Below, one piece after another: positions 38,502-51,261 of a DNA stretch of 64,000 nucleotides (position 1 is its first letter; each line of letters starts with the position of its first letter). Source of the stretch: Ministeria vibrans ATCC 50519 (Eukaryota; Protista; Filasterea); contig CALSCP010002679.1 of NCBI GenBank assembly GCA_943704425.1, positions 32,586 through 96,585 of the forward strand, given 5' to 3'. The translations under genes were made by a program, and so were the position numbers. The notes beneath the pieces are model-generated. The model saw only the letters and a list, made by a program, of their open reading frames with translations, made no database searches and was not told the DNA's origin.

Positions 38502-39811
38502 GTGTCAAGCCGGTCCATCCGAGTTTCACAGACGCAGGGCACGTCGAGGCGCCCCCGATTCCCTGCCACGTTCATGCTGGCGAAGTCAAAGAGGGGAAAG
38601 TGTGTCCTCCTGGCAAAATTGAAGTAAACTCTTAGGAAAAAGAACACCAACACAAAGACACAACAACGCACTATTTATTTTCTTAGGCGTATTTTTTTCC
38701 GCCCCTTGACATTGGACCGTACCAACAGCCCGCCGACACAATAGTGACCCGCCTAGGCTTTAAACCATCGACCACACGCACAGAAGCATTGGCAGCTATC
38801 GACGAGGGCTTTGGCATCGACGATCGTCTCTACGCCCTCCTGCAGGAGTATCAAGTGCAACCATGGACTTCGTAAAACCAATCCCACTCCTCCAACCGAA
38901 ACGAAGTTAAAATCTCATTTCTACGATGCGTTAGGTGGACGATTCAGCCACGTGTGGTGCACGCACCGGGACCGTACCTGACATTTGAGATCCAGCGACC
39001 ACAGGACGATTTCAATATGCTGTCATGGCAACTAGGTACGAGCTGCTTGTACGTTGTGTCACTCAATTTATGTTTGCCGAGTTATACTATTTGCATTGTA
39101 TATGTGTCTTAATTGATCGTTTTGACTTTAGCGCCAAACTGATTGTGATACTTCAATGTCAAAGTGTCTCTGATTTCGTCCCTGATCTCCGACTGTTTTC
39201 CAATTGATACACCTCTGTCTTGCTTTCTGTAAGGATGTCCCTGCAATGGAATTGAAGAGCGCTCGGAGCTGCGCAGTTCGGTTCAGCTGAAGGGACTCGA
39301 CTCAGTACAGAGCCTCTTTGAACAGACTGTCGATTGGGGTTCGTTCACACGCACACGCACACACTCTCAATCAATCACTTGATTTCTTTTTTTTCCTTTC
39401 TACTCACTCACTCACACATACACACACATACACGCACACTCTCTTTCTCTCTCTCTGGTGATGACACTTTGTTCTATAGATTTGTCATGCGACGCGCAGT
39501 TTGAGGCCAAATGGTTTCATCATGTGAGTGAGTTGGACGCGAGTGCGAGTGTGCGTCGTGTACGCATCTTCTTTGATCATTTTGACGGCGAAGGGTTTGT
39601 GGTGCGTGCAGGATGCACATGGACACGCACAGCGGACGAGCGGCCCTTTGCGGGGCTCGTGTGGGCCGGACAGGGCTCACTCAACGGCCACCCTGTCAGT
39701 CAGAGTGCCCAGTCAGAGTTCCTAGTCACTCCTGCTCACTCTTTCACGCTTACTGCCGACCCACAGGCCGATCTTGTCGTCTTTGTGGTCTTTCCCATGC
39801 TTGATGTGTAG
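38014..39811 (+). CDS. Cupin-fold, type I phosphomannose-isomerase-like protein (multi-exon)
   Basis: Spliced product contains ERW, WPLTKILD, IPCHVH, GKIEAYFFPP, VVHAPGPYLTFEIQRPQDD: the H-x-H / E / H metal-ligand pattern and EIQ..D motif of PMI-type cupins. GT-AG introns, some with (CA)n; stop TAG 39811. Confidence 0.7.
38460..38499. repeat. (CA)n microsatellite (intronic)
   Basis: Direct observation. Confidence 0.95.
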
Positions 39812-39865
39812 CTTTTTATAAGAGTTCTACACACACAGTTACATACAATACAAGTATCAAAGGGG

Positions 39866-40037
39866 CTACAGTCCCGCTCGTTCGACTTGAACAAATTCGT
39901 ATGGCGTCGCCGAAATGTTGTTTGACTCGTTGGCACGCACGGCACCAGGACACCCTTCAAGGGAGCCGCTTCCCAGGACAAGGCGCATCGTTCCCTGGAA
40001 GACAGAGCGAAGACGACGAGTCAGACAGAGAGAGACA

Positions 40038-40077
<40 letters not shown>

Positions 40078-40521
40078 AGAACCACTGACATCGATCGAAA
40101 GGGCAATGTCAACATTGGTGAGCATCAGTGAATCGTGTTTCGACGCCTCGTCGATCAGAGACCGCTGCATGAGTTGAAGAATCACCGAACCAGTGCCATC
40201 GCCCACGAGAAACTCCGCTACAGTGTCAGAGGCGCCTGCAAAACGGAGCGACGATGGCAGAGGGATGAAAGAGTGCGCTGGTCATAGAACATTCGTACTC
40301 TCCATGACCACTAAGAGCTTGACGACGTTGACCTGGACACAAGGAAGAGGCCACAGAACACCCGTTAGTGCACACTGAGCACGACATTCGCGCGTGAGGA
40401 GTACCTTGAGCGAGACACGGCGGTGGTTGGGCCGCAGCGAATCAACATGGACTTCCACTATGCACCAACCACACAATCAGAATACAAATCCCTCTCTCTC
40501 TCCTGAATCCGAACCACCCAT
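39866..40521 (-). CDS. Small single OB-fold nucleic-acid-binding protein (At4g28440/SSB-like, 5 exons)
   Basis: Spliced MVEVHVDSLRPNHRRVSLKVNVV...VAEFLVGDGTGSVIL...LTNVDI...GTMRLVLG...ANESNNISATPYEFVQVE; the GDxTG and NNxS..YE motifs fit this family. Confidence 0.75.
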
Positions 40522-40928
40522 CGTAATCCCCTAAAACAAAATCGAGGCCTTCAATAATTCGTGTGAAAACTGTGGAGTGTGAAAGCTGTGAATTGATTTT
40601 ATATAATATTATTATTTTTATTATTATACAACATGTTTCAGGAAAGGAGATGAATATTGAATAATAATGATAAAATAATCATGCCAATATGTTAAGATGA
40701 CAAACAGGAGGGTCAAGGCGAACAAAGTACAAACCAGCCTCCACTCTCTATAGTTTCTGTTTTATAAGCTACATGAGAGATGAGAGGGTCAGAGAGAGCG
40801 CGGAGGCAGGTATAAAGCATGAAGACGAAGAGTACAATAATACACACTCTCTCGTAATCTTGACTTGAACACAACGTGTGTTTTATACAATTAATGGTAC
40901 AGAGGAACCCCTAGGTGGCGCTTCGGCT

Positions 40929-42259
40929 CTACTGGAGCACCGACTTGGCCTGCTCAAAGGCGCCAAAGAAGAGAGCGCCGCCAAAGGAGATCCAGGCAAC
41001 GCGCGGAACTACGCCAGCGTAGAGGGCGGAAACCCCACCGGAGGCGTAGACGGAGCGGAGGGTGGTGAGAACAGAGGATAGGCCGGCGGGGGTGCGTGAG
41101 TGGGTGCTGCGGTCGAGCATGATGCGAGTTTTGACTACGTCAAGTGGCGTGGTGAGCGCCGCGGCGGTGCCGCCGCTCACCGACCCGCACGCTGCCATTT
41201 CAAGACCGTTGAGCTCTCGATCAAGATGAGAGCGTACGCCTGACTTGAGAGCTTCGTAGAGGGGAAATTGAATGACGCAAAAAGGAATTTCGCGAGCGAC
41301 GGTGGAGGCGTAGCCACGGTAGAAGCCACGCAGACCATGGTGTTTGTAGACTTCCGCAATGACCGCCCATGCTCGTTCACCGCCAGTTTGCGTAGACGCT
41401 TGCATGCGTTGCTTGACCAGCTCGGCGGGCACGCGGGTCGTGCACGCAGCAACTTCACCGCTGATGGCGGCCAGGACGTGGACCATGGTCGCCGGCAGTG
41501 CCCATCCGCCACTCTGTCGCTGCTCCTGCTGTTGCTTCTCTAGCAACTCCTTGCCCTTTTCATAGGTGAGCCAGAAGACGGCGGCGGTGGGCGCCGACTG
41601 CAGCGCCGCTGGCAAGAGACCCCGATAGACCCCGCGAAAGCCACCGGCCGCATTGAAGCCATTGCTCGACTGCAGCCGTGTCTTGAGAGTATCCAAAGGA
41701 AAGAGCACCAGGTCGACGGTGAGTCCCGAACAGGCACCGGCCTATTTGAAGAGAGAAAGGGGTGGGGGCGTGGGAAAGGTGAGCGGGAAAAAGACGACGG
41801 ACGGGTTGAGTTCGGTGTTGAATGTGTGATGTGTGTTGCGTCTCCATCACGCACACGATGAGTCACGCCGCGTGAAAAGCGTCTGATTCAACAGAACCAT
41901 GTTCAATACACATTTGAGCAGTATGGCGAGAGTGTGCAGAGCACGTGAAACGGCGCAGAGAGACGAGAAGGTCGGATTGTGCAAAGGAAAACGGTTGAGC
42001 ACTACGCGACGAGAAAACAGCAGCATCGTGCCACGAATGGGGTCATCGGGGACGCATGTATGTGTGCGTGTGTGCGAGTGTGTGTCCGTCTCCCACGCAA
42101 TCAACGGCGCGAGCAAACAGAGCAGAGAAAAGCATGAGACGCACACACGTCACGTACGAGGAGAGAGACGGTCGAGCTGGGTGCTGTGGGTGCTGGCGGC
42201 GACGACACGCGCGCCCTTGCCTCGACCGACGCAAGTGATTGATCCGAGGCAACAGACAT
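40929..42259 (-). CDS. SLC25A26: Mitochondrial S-adenosylmethionine carrier (SLC25A26/PET8)
   Basis: Exon 1 MSVASDQ...STVSLL, ~410-nt intron, then AGACSGLTVDLVLFPLDTLKTRLQS; three carrier signatures (PLDTLKTR, PAELVKQR, PLDVVKTR) and REIPF..IQFPLYE. Confidence 0.9.
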
Positions 42260-42387
42260 GGCTTCCCCTTGGGTATGGTTGTGTTAAGTGTCACGTTTTA
42301 CGTGTCACTGTGACTGAAGGATAGAAAGAAAACTGAAACTTAAACAAAATTTCTTGATCATGTTTTTGAACTAATGACTAATCACTT

Positions 42388-44278
42388 TTACTTCTTTCGG
42401 TGCACATCACAAAATGCCTCAATACGATCGCACGCCTCCTCAATCTTCTCCGTGGGAATAGTAATGACAATCCTGAAGAAGTTGGGATACGAAAAACACT
42501 ATAAAAGAGGCGAAGAAAGAGAGTTAGAGGAAAAAACAACAAGTGTTGGGTTGTGTGTGTGTGTTGTACGGCTGCCGGAAGACAGAAGACGCTCTGTTCG
42601 GTAATGAGAGCCTGTGTGAAGTCCTGGTCGTCTTTAAAGTCGGGGAAAGAGTCCAAGTGGATGCCGACCATGAGGTACATGGCGCCCTGGGGCATGACGG
42701 GGAGAAGGCCGGGGACACGCGAGAGACGCTCAAAGATAGTCTCGGCGTTGGTGCGCAAAAGGGTGAGCACGTTGGCGTAGAACTCGGGAGGGGTGCGATG
42801 GAGGATGGTTGGAAGCGCCCCTTGGATGACTGAGTTGGCGCCAAGGATCAGCTGAGTGCACCGGTTAAGCCCGGCCAGGAACTACACAAGGATGCGTCGC
42901 GAGAGAGAGAGAGAGAGAGGAGAGACCGAGAGACAAAGAAATACAGTGATAGAAACAAGAGAGAAAGTGATACGAGTGAGTGAGAATAAATACGGATGTG
43001 GATAATAATAATATAAGCAAGGTACGTCGGGAGTAAAAGCGTGTCTGTGGTTGTGCACTAGGATCCAGCCCAGGCGCCATCCGGGGACCAGGTAGCGCTT
43101 GGCCAGGCCGCCGCACGCGAGCACAGGGACACCGTGCGCCGCTGCCACGGGCGCCAGCGCATGGAACTTTCCGGGCGCAAACACCATTTCTGCGTAGATC
43201 TCATCGGCAATGATGGGGAGTTTGTGTCGTGCACACACTGCGGAACGATACAAGACGTATTAGCAAACAATAAGTACCAATAGTATTTTGAGTACAAAAG
43301 TACTAGTGCAACAAAGCAACAATATTTAAATTGGTTTTGACACAAAATGCAATAATATTAAACAATTTCTACCTTTGACGATCTCTTCAATGTGTTGGGC
43401 CGAGTAATTGGATCCGCACGGGTTTGATGGGTTTGTAACGACCACTCCACGCGTTTTTCCGTCAATCAGCGACTCCAAGTGCGCAATGTCTGCTTCCCAC
43501 TGTTTCTCCGGCTAAGAACCAACAAACATTTGAGCTGGCTCTCTCTTTCTCTTTTCTTTCTTTCTTTCTCGTCTCTCTTTCTCTCTCGCCGCGCGCATCG
43601 CTTACAATGAGGTTGTACTTGCGCGGTTCAATGCCTTTGGCCACGGCGAGGGTCTCGTAGAGGGAAAAGCCCGGCTTGGGCACGAGCAGATTGTCGCCCT
43701 CGTCAAGCAGAGCAGTGATGGCCAGATCCAGTGCACCCGAGCACGAACTCGCAATCACAACATCGTCGGCCGTCAAGGGACTCGCGTCGGTCGTAAACTT
43801 CTGCGCAATGGCCGCCCGCGAGTGATGGTAGCCTGCAAGTCAAGAGGTGAGACCAAAGCGAGTGCGCCGCCACACTGCGTTTGCCTTGTACCATGCGACG
43901 GAGGATAGCCGTTGGATTTGGTCGACCGCACCGCTTCTACCACCGCTTCAGTCACCACCTCGTCCGTTTGGAGGTTGCCAAACACCGTTGGATCCCCTAC
44001 AAACAACGAAGCAGAGGCAAAAAAAAAATATAATAATCATTATAATATATAAAAAAAAATGTCTTTCGTTGACCATAAAACAAAAATGGCCGCGTCTCGT
44101 GCATGAAACGACCAGCGAAATCCTCTAACACGCCACTACGCACTTTCTTACCAATGGAGAGAGCGATCATTTTCTTGTCGGGGTGAGGAACAATCTTCAT
44201 GTTATCCACAATGTTGCGGATGGGGTTGAACACACGCTTCGCCACCACCGAGGGGCCCACAGTCCATTCGTCGTCCAT
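42388..44278 (-). CDS. TAT: Tyrosine aminotransferase (PLP-dependent, multi-exon)
   Basis: [16 protein letters not shown]|[74 protein letters not shown]. Confidence 0.95.
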
Positions 44279-44382
44279 ACTGATGTCAAAAATAAAAAAA
44301 AGCAGAAAAGATTTAACTTTCGTGAGTTACGTCACTTTCGACTGAAATCTACAGATCTTACGAACATAATTATTTATTTGCT
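44279..44382. promoter_or_regulatory. Putative bidirectional promoter between TAT and the adhesion GPCR
   Basis: Only 104 bp separate the divergent ATGs; contains TTACGTCA (CRE/ATF-like). Confidence 0.45.
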
Positions 44383-45781
44383 ATGCTGCTTGTCGCGGCA
44401 CTCCTGGCACTCGCCGCGACGGGAACCCATGGAGCCTTTTGCGACTCAAACCCCTGTGCCAATGGCGGCACGTGCGTTGCCGGTTCGCCGCAGTTCTGTG
44501 TGTGTGTCGACCCGTGGAGTGGCGACGCGTGCCAGACGCAGCCGGTGCGTTTGACGCACACCGACGTCTTCACCGACGCCGTGTCGACCGACACCCTCCA
44601 TGCGACCGTCGTCGACCGCTCCAACCATGCCGTTTACGCCTGTGGGCATCGCGGCGCCGACGCGATCCTGACCGCATCCAAATATGACCACAGCACACCC
44701 GAAACCATCGTCTTCTCCGCGGCAGACAACGCCAACTCGTCCTGCACCGCCCTTGCCATCCACGAAGACGAAGCAGTGGTCTATTTGGTGGGCTGGACTC
44801 TCTCTGGTAAAATATACCCCAAAAAAAAGAAAGAAGAAAAAGGGTAAAAAGGCTCTCACGCCGTCTCTTCCCTCCTTGTTGTTGGTTAGCGACCACATTC
44901 AATGGAGCAATGGTTGCATCGGCAAGCTCGGATGCGGACGCCTTCGTGATCAAGTACAACCTCACCACGCAATCGACTGTCTTCACCAACTTTTACGGCA
45001 AGACGGGTCAGGATGTCCTGTACGCCGTCTACTTCAATCCCGACGACGCCGAGCTGCTCGTTGCTGGCGAAACCAACGACAAGATCTTGGATGCGCACGT
45101 CAAACGGGGATCGGCAGACGGTACAAGTGGCACAACAGATCACGTTTTGACTTGTTACGTTTTGACTTACTGTTGGTTGTGCGGTTCTTAGACATCGACA
45201 TGTGGTACGCCGTGATTGATGCCACCGACTTCACAACGTCGTATTCGGCCATGTTCAGCTCCGCGGGTCGTGACCAGGCGCGTGCTGTTCTGCGGACCGA
45301 CAGCGGCAGTGGAACCTTCTATGTCATTGGCTCTGCCTCCGCACAGCCCAACACACCCACAACGGTGCACGCTGAGCGACCCTACGTCATGCGCGTGGCC
45401 GTGGCGACAGGTGTCATTGATGCACACTTTACACGCAACATCGATAACGTCATCTTGCCCTCGTACTACACGGCTGTGCACGACGTCAATTACCCAGGCA
45501 ACAATCGCGTCTTTGTCGCTGGTTACGCCCTCGACGATGCCTCGCCGCACTTCCCAGTCCCGTTCATTGATGTCTTCAACACCGACACCATGATAACTCA
45601 CAGCTCGTATGCCTCCATCACCGCCTCCTCCTACCCTCAGGGCGCCTCTTTTCTCCACTTTGCCGCTCCACCCTTCGCCGCACACACTGTCCTCACCTCT
45701 TCCACCGCCCCATTCCTCATTGTTGGCTCTCACAATTCTGCACTAGCGGTCTTCAAGGTACAATAAGGATGTCAGAATTAC

Positions 45782-45851
<70 letters not shown>

Positions 45852-48800
45852 TCATTATTATTATTATTAATTATTAATAATTATTGTTATTATTTTTTTA
45901 TTATTAAGTTCAAAAAATAAGAAAAAATATAATAATTAATAGAGAATCGAGAGCTAATATTAATTTTTACTTTTCCTTTTGCTTAGGTCGACTTCTCCGA
46001 CTTGTCCACGTCGCTTGTGTTCGAAAAGCGATCCAATGGCACCCATGACGACGCCTTTCATGGCATTTCATACGTCTCGGATCGCCAGGTGGTGCTGGTG
46101 GGCACGGCGGATGGCCCTCTCGTGGAGGTGCACGGCAACTCGGGTGCCGATGCCATCCAATCCTTCTACACGAGTCAGGAGTACCTCGACTTTTGCTCGA
46201 GCGACTCATGTAGCAATGGGGGGTCGTGCTTTACCGTTGCCGATGTGGTGGGTGCCGCCCAGATTTGCTTCTGTGCCGATGGATTCGACGGTGCGCAGTG
46301 CAACAACAACATCGATGATTGTGCGTCGTCGCCGTGCGCGTCGAATCAGCGTTGCATCGACGAGGCAAATGCCTTCGCGTGTGTCTGCGAGGCGGGTTTC
46401 ACCGGGACGCTGTGTGACCAGAGCGTCAGCTTGCTCTGGGAGTTTGTTGCCGCGCCGGCCAACACAGTGTTTGGCAACCGCGCCGGGTTTGTCGAGTGGG
46501 TGCCGACCGTGGACCGACTTTCGCTCGGCGTGCGTCTCTACACTCCCGCATCAAGTGCCATTGCCCCCATCAGCCATACCAAGACGCTTTTTCCCTCCCT
46601 CACGCATGAGTTTCCTCTGTCGCTCGACTCCGCCGGCATTCACCAGTTCACCCTGAGTCTTGTGTCTCTCTCTAGCTCAGAAAAATCCGTCTCGCAGATT
46701 GTACCCTCTTCCGTGAGCACCGGCACCGTCTCTTTCGAAGTGGTCTTCTCCATTGATGTCGACAACGTGCACACGTCGCTTGAAATGCCAGTTTTTGAGA
46801 CGGGCGGTGACCACCTCGGACTATCACTGACAGCGTCGCGTATTGGCGCCATCGTGTGCTACCTGGCCCTGTCCTCTTCCGACGAGTACAGTGTTGTGGT
46901 GAGTTTGGACGCAAGCGAACTGAGCGAGCCCATTGCGGCCGTAGTTGTCGTTGAGTGGGACAAACTCAAACTCTATGTGAACGGTCGTGACGCCGTCACG
47001 ACGTCCACGGTGTACGAGTCCAAGCGCGTCTTTGACGGTGGCGACCACTTTGGCCTGGGTCAGCAGGCAGGCGACGTTGGCGGCATTGGCATCGACAACA
47101 GCGTGCGTCCCTCGCTCAATGGTTCTGTTGCTTACTTTGCTATGTACGATGGCGCCATCACAAATGACAAGGCACGTCGCCGGTGCACCGATCCTTCGGC
47201 CAGTCTGTCCCAGTCGGTTCAGCGCACCTGCACGTCGCCTCTCTACCTGCAGTCCGCCTGCACCTACTCCTGTTCCGTCGGCTACGGTTTCTCCTCCACG
47301 TCTTCCAACTTTCAGCAGAGCTCCAACATCCAGAGCGAGTGCACCTTTGACGATAGCTTCACCGAAAGTGTCAGTGTCGCCGCGCTCGAGACAAGCTGCG
47401 TTCCCTGTCCCAGCGGCTCGATCCAAATAGACTGTCTCGACTACTCGCCGTGTGCCTCGTCGCCCTGCCAGAACGGCGGTACTTGCTCCAGCGTGTCCCT
47501 CTCCAAATTTACTTGCACGTGTCCCATCCCGTACCAGGGCGAAACGTGCGCCGTGAACTGTTTTGGTGGCAACTTGGTGTTGCAAAGCCAAGTAGACGCG
47601 CTTGCACAATGCACAACACTGGAGGGCTTTGTCTCCTTGAATGGCTCGGCCATCACGTCGCTCGCGAGTTTCTCGCAAATCACAGCTATTGGTGGTAGTC
47701 TCACGGTCAGTAGCACCTCGCTGGTCTCACTCAGTGGTCTTCACAACTTGGCTACTATTGCGGGCGACCTGATCATCAAGCTCAATCCGTCCCTCGTTCA
47801 GGCGAGTTTGCCTGCGCTGCACTCGCTTGGCAACAAGCAAATTCGAGTGGAACTCAACGCGGCCCTGCGCACCTTGAGTCTCGACGCATCTCCACCCGAG
47901 ACCATTGCTGCGGCCGCCATCATCATCAAGGACAACTCCCTGCTCGACGACGTGTCGGGCCTCGTTGCCGTACGTCTCGTCGATGACGCCGAGTTTTCCT
48001 TGGGCAATACGGCGCTCGCCAGTCTCGCTCCGTTTACCATGGCTCTCAATATCTCCTCGTCGGTGGGCTCTCTTTCCATCAAGAACAATGCTAAGCTCAG
48101 CGACGTGACGGCACTCTCCGCTCTCACCACCACCACTGGCCTCAGCACTATTGAATTTGTCAACAATCCCCTCATGACCTTCCCCGTCAACGACTGTCCC
48201 TTTTCCAACAGGGGAAACATCTTTTCGTGGACCAGCGGAGCGGTTGTCGTCTTCTCGCAAAACCCCCTTGTGACCACCTTTGACTGTCGCTTTGGCAAAC
48301 TTGCGGCGGCCCTGCGCGTCACCGTGGAAGGCAACGCGGCCCTTACCTCTATTTCTGGCTTCTTTGCGCTCACCAACATCATCGAGTCGCTCACCATTGC
48401 CAACAATCCTGCGTTGGTGGGTCTCTCGGGCTTTGGTGCGCTACACACGAGCGAGGTGGTACTGCTCAACAACAACGATGCACTGGTAAATCTCACCACT
48501 AGTGCTGGCGAGGGTCTCTTCACGGGCGTCGCGTTTGCCAGTGTGCCTGGCACCTTCACTGGCTCCATTGCCGTGGTAGGCAACGACAAGCTCGTTGACG
48601 TAGGTCTCGGTGCGATTGTGCGCTTGACGGGGTCGCTCAATGTATCCGACTGTGCGGACCTTATTAATCTAGCGAGTCCCACGCAACTGATTCTCGTCGG
48701 TGGCTCCGTTACCCTCTCCAACAATTTGCGTCTACGTCTGGTCGACGGACTGCAGATTGGGGCGTTTACGGTCAGCCGGGACATTCACTTGGCGGCCCTG

Positions 48801-51071
48801 CCCGACCTGTGCATTACGACTCTGACAGACCGCATCTTTTCGCTGGGGGGCTTGCTCGTGGAGGGTCTCGGTGTGGGCCAGCCACTGTCCACCGCCTGTC
48901 GCGTGTACGACCTTGAATTGCTCAAGAACACCGGCGAGATCAACAATGCCGTCGATGCCGTCACCAGTCTTGGCCAAATCTCCGACGCGACCAATTCCAA
49001 TTCGTGGGTGTCCATCAGCGACAATGACGGCGTTGCACAGACACTCATTGCCAACTTTGAGCGTGTCATTCGCTTTGCCGAGAACACGGCTGGATCGCCA
49101 TTGACTGCTGCGGCCGCAAGCACCGTAGCACAGCAGACGGTAAACGTGCTTGCGGACATGTTGACGAGCGAGTCGTTGGGTACGGTGCGTCAGACGGATA
49201 AGGTGAATCGTGTGCACACGCTGGTGGAGCGCACCACTCGGTCGCTGTCAACCGCAACCAACTGTGACTCGACGGTGGAGGTGCTCAAGAGCACAGTGCA
49301 AGTGCGTGTGGCCAAGTTTGCATTGGCCGCGAGCATTGAACGCTCCTACGAGTCGCCTGGTCGTGCCAAGGTGACGTTGCCGTCGGGATTCGCCTCGGAG
49401 GCGCTCGGTGTGCCTCAGTCGTGTTATGGTGCTGAGTTTGTTGTGTATGAGAATGCGCCGCTTAGCTCGAGTGAATCGTCCCAGTCGGTCTTGTCGCACG
49501 TCGTCGGTTTCTCCATGGTCGATGGCACAGTCGTGGCAGGACTGTCCAATACGAGCCTTGTTGAGTTTGAACTGACGCACACGAACGCAAGTGCGTCGCA
49601 ACAGTTTCTATGTGCCTACTGGAACAACACAAATGCTCTGTGGAGCACCGACGGCTGTGATGTTGTGTCGTCAACGAGTACCCTTACCGTGTGTCGTTGC
49701 AATCATCTGACCAACTTTGCGCTTATTGCGGCGCCCGACACTCAACTGTCGTCGGCGCACTCTACCGCCCTGACTGTGCTCACGTACATTGGGTGCATAC
49801 TCTCCTGCATTGCGTGTGTACTTATCTTCCTCGCGTTTGCTTTGGTTCCCACCTACCGCACCCAGCCCATTCGTCTCGTGGTCAACCTCGCCGTGGCGCT
49901 CTTTTTTCTCAACATTGTGTTTCTCGTGGGCAGCGATCGCACGGGTGACGAGATGGGCTGTCGCATTGTCGCCATTTTCTTGTACTACCTTATTCTCGTG
50001 GTGTTTCTCTCGTCCACTTGCATCGCCCACAACATGTACTTTATGTTTGTGACCATGCTGGGCGTGCCCACTTCCCTTCGCGTGTACATGATTGTTGCCT
50101 GGCTCCCGTCTGCCATTGTGACGGCCATTTTGGCCGGAGTGGACGCCGCCACAAACCAGTCCATAGACTTTGGCACGTCCAGCGTGTGCTGGATTGGCTC
50201 GCGTGGCGGTCTCATAGGTGCACTGTTGGTGCCGACAGCGCTGCTGCTTACGGTGAACCTCGTTGTCTTTGGCATTGTGGCGTACCGCGTGTCTCACTCA
50301 CGCTCCAAGAGTGCCGCCACCTTGTCGACCAAGAAGCGCTCGTCGAGCCAGCAGATTGTTCTCTTTGGCGGTCTTGCCGTCAGCCTGGGTCTGTCGTGGA
50401 TCTTTGCGTACTTTGCCGTCATTGACGGAGGCACGCTGGTGTTCCTGTACCTCTTTGTCATCTTCAACACCACACAGGGGTTCATGCTCTGCGTCTTTTT
50501 TGTCTTTTCCGGTCGATCACGCACGGAAATCTTCCGGTCGTTGCGTCAAAAGTGGCAAGCCATGCGCGCACGGTCGCACATGCACTCGGGCATGTCACAA
50601 GAACGGCTTGCCGCCCGACCTGTCGTGACTCCTCGCTCCTCCAACGTATCCGAGTCGACGGGGGCCACCCAGCTCAACACGAGCAAGTCTTCGGTGTCTG
50701 CAGCACTGTCCAAGACGGGCGCGTCGGCATTCTCGCTGGGCATTCGACAGGTTCACGTCGACGAGACCGTTCAAGAACAGCGCTCTGCCGGTGGTGCGGG
50801 AGCGGGCGTAGGAAAATCCGCGAGCGGACTGTCCGAGGAATTCTCAATGCTGAGCACGAACGAACTACACTCGTTTGTCGACGACACAGCTATCGCCGAG
50901 GAGGAAGGAGAGGCATGCGACGCCAATGTGCGCAGACTCGACTCGGGCGAAGCTGGCCATGACTCCCTTATGGGCACTGGACACGATGTACACTCCTCCT
51001 TTGCAGAGCCGTCTCTCGACCAGGCCATAGTCTTTGCTCCCACCGACAACATTCCCAGCTTCCGAGTTTAA
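44383..51071 (+). CDS. Adhesion GPCR (secretin-like 7TM) with EGF, beta-propeller-like, LamG/pentraxin-like, L-domain/LRR and GAIN/GPS domains
   Basis: Signal peptide MLLVAALLALAATGTHG; EGFs; GPS motif CAYWN..WSTDGC..TVCRCNHLTNFAL; seven hydrophobic segments beginning LTVLTYIGCILS, with CWI and FNTTQG. Three introns in the 5' part. Confidence 0.93.
45783..45850. repeat. (ATT)n microsatellite (intronic)
   Basis: Direct observation. Confidence 0.95.
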
Positions 51072-51261
51072 TTTCACTATAACACGTCTTATTCATTATA
51101 ATTATTGTACTCTATACTCTGATTTTGAATGTTGTTTTGCTTTTTTGTGCCTTTGTTTGGCTCAAACACAGCAACATTCATATAATAATATTAAAGTAAT
51201 AAACTTTTCACTTCACTTTTTTTTTTTTCCTATTATATATATAAATTACATAAACAACCCA

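Noticed and set aside
41744-42156. Unusually long SLC25A26 intron as a snoRNA host
   Set aside because: No convincing C/D or H/ACA box arrangement found by eye.
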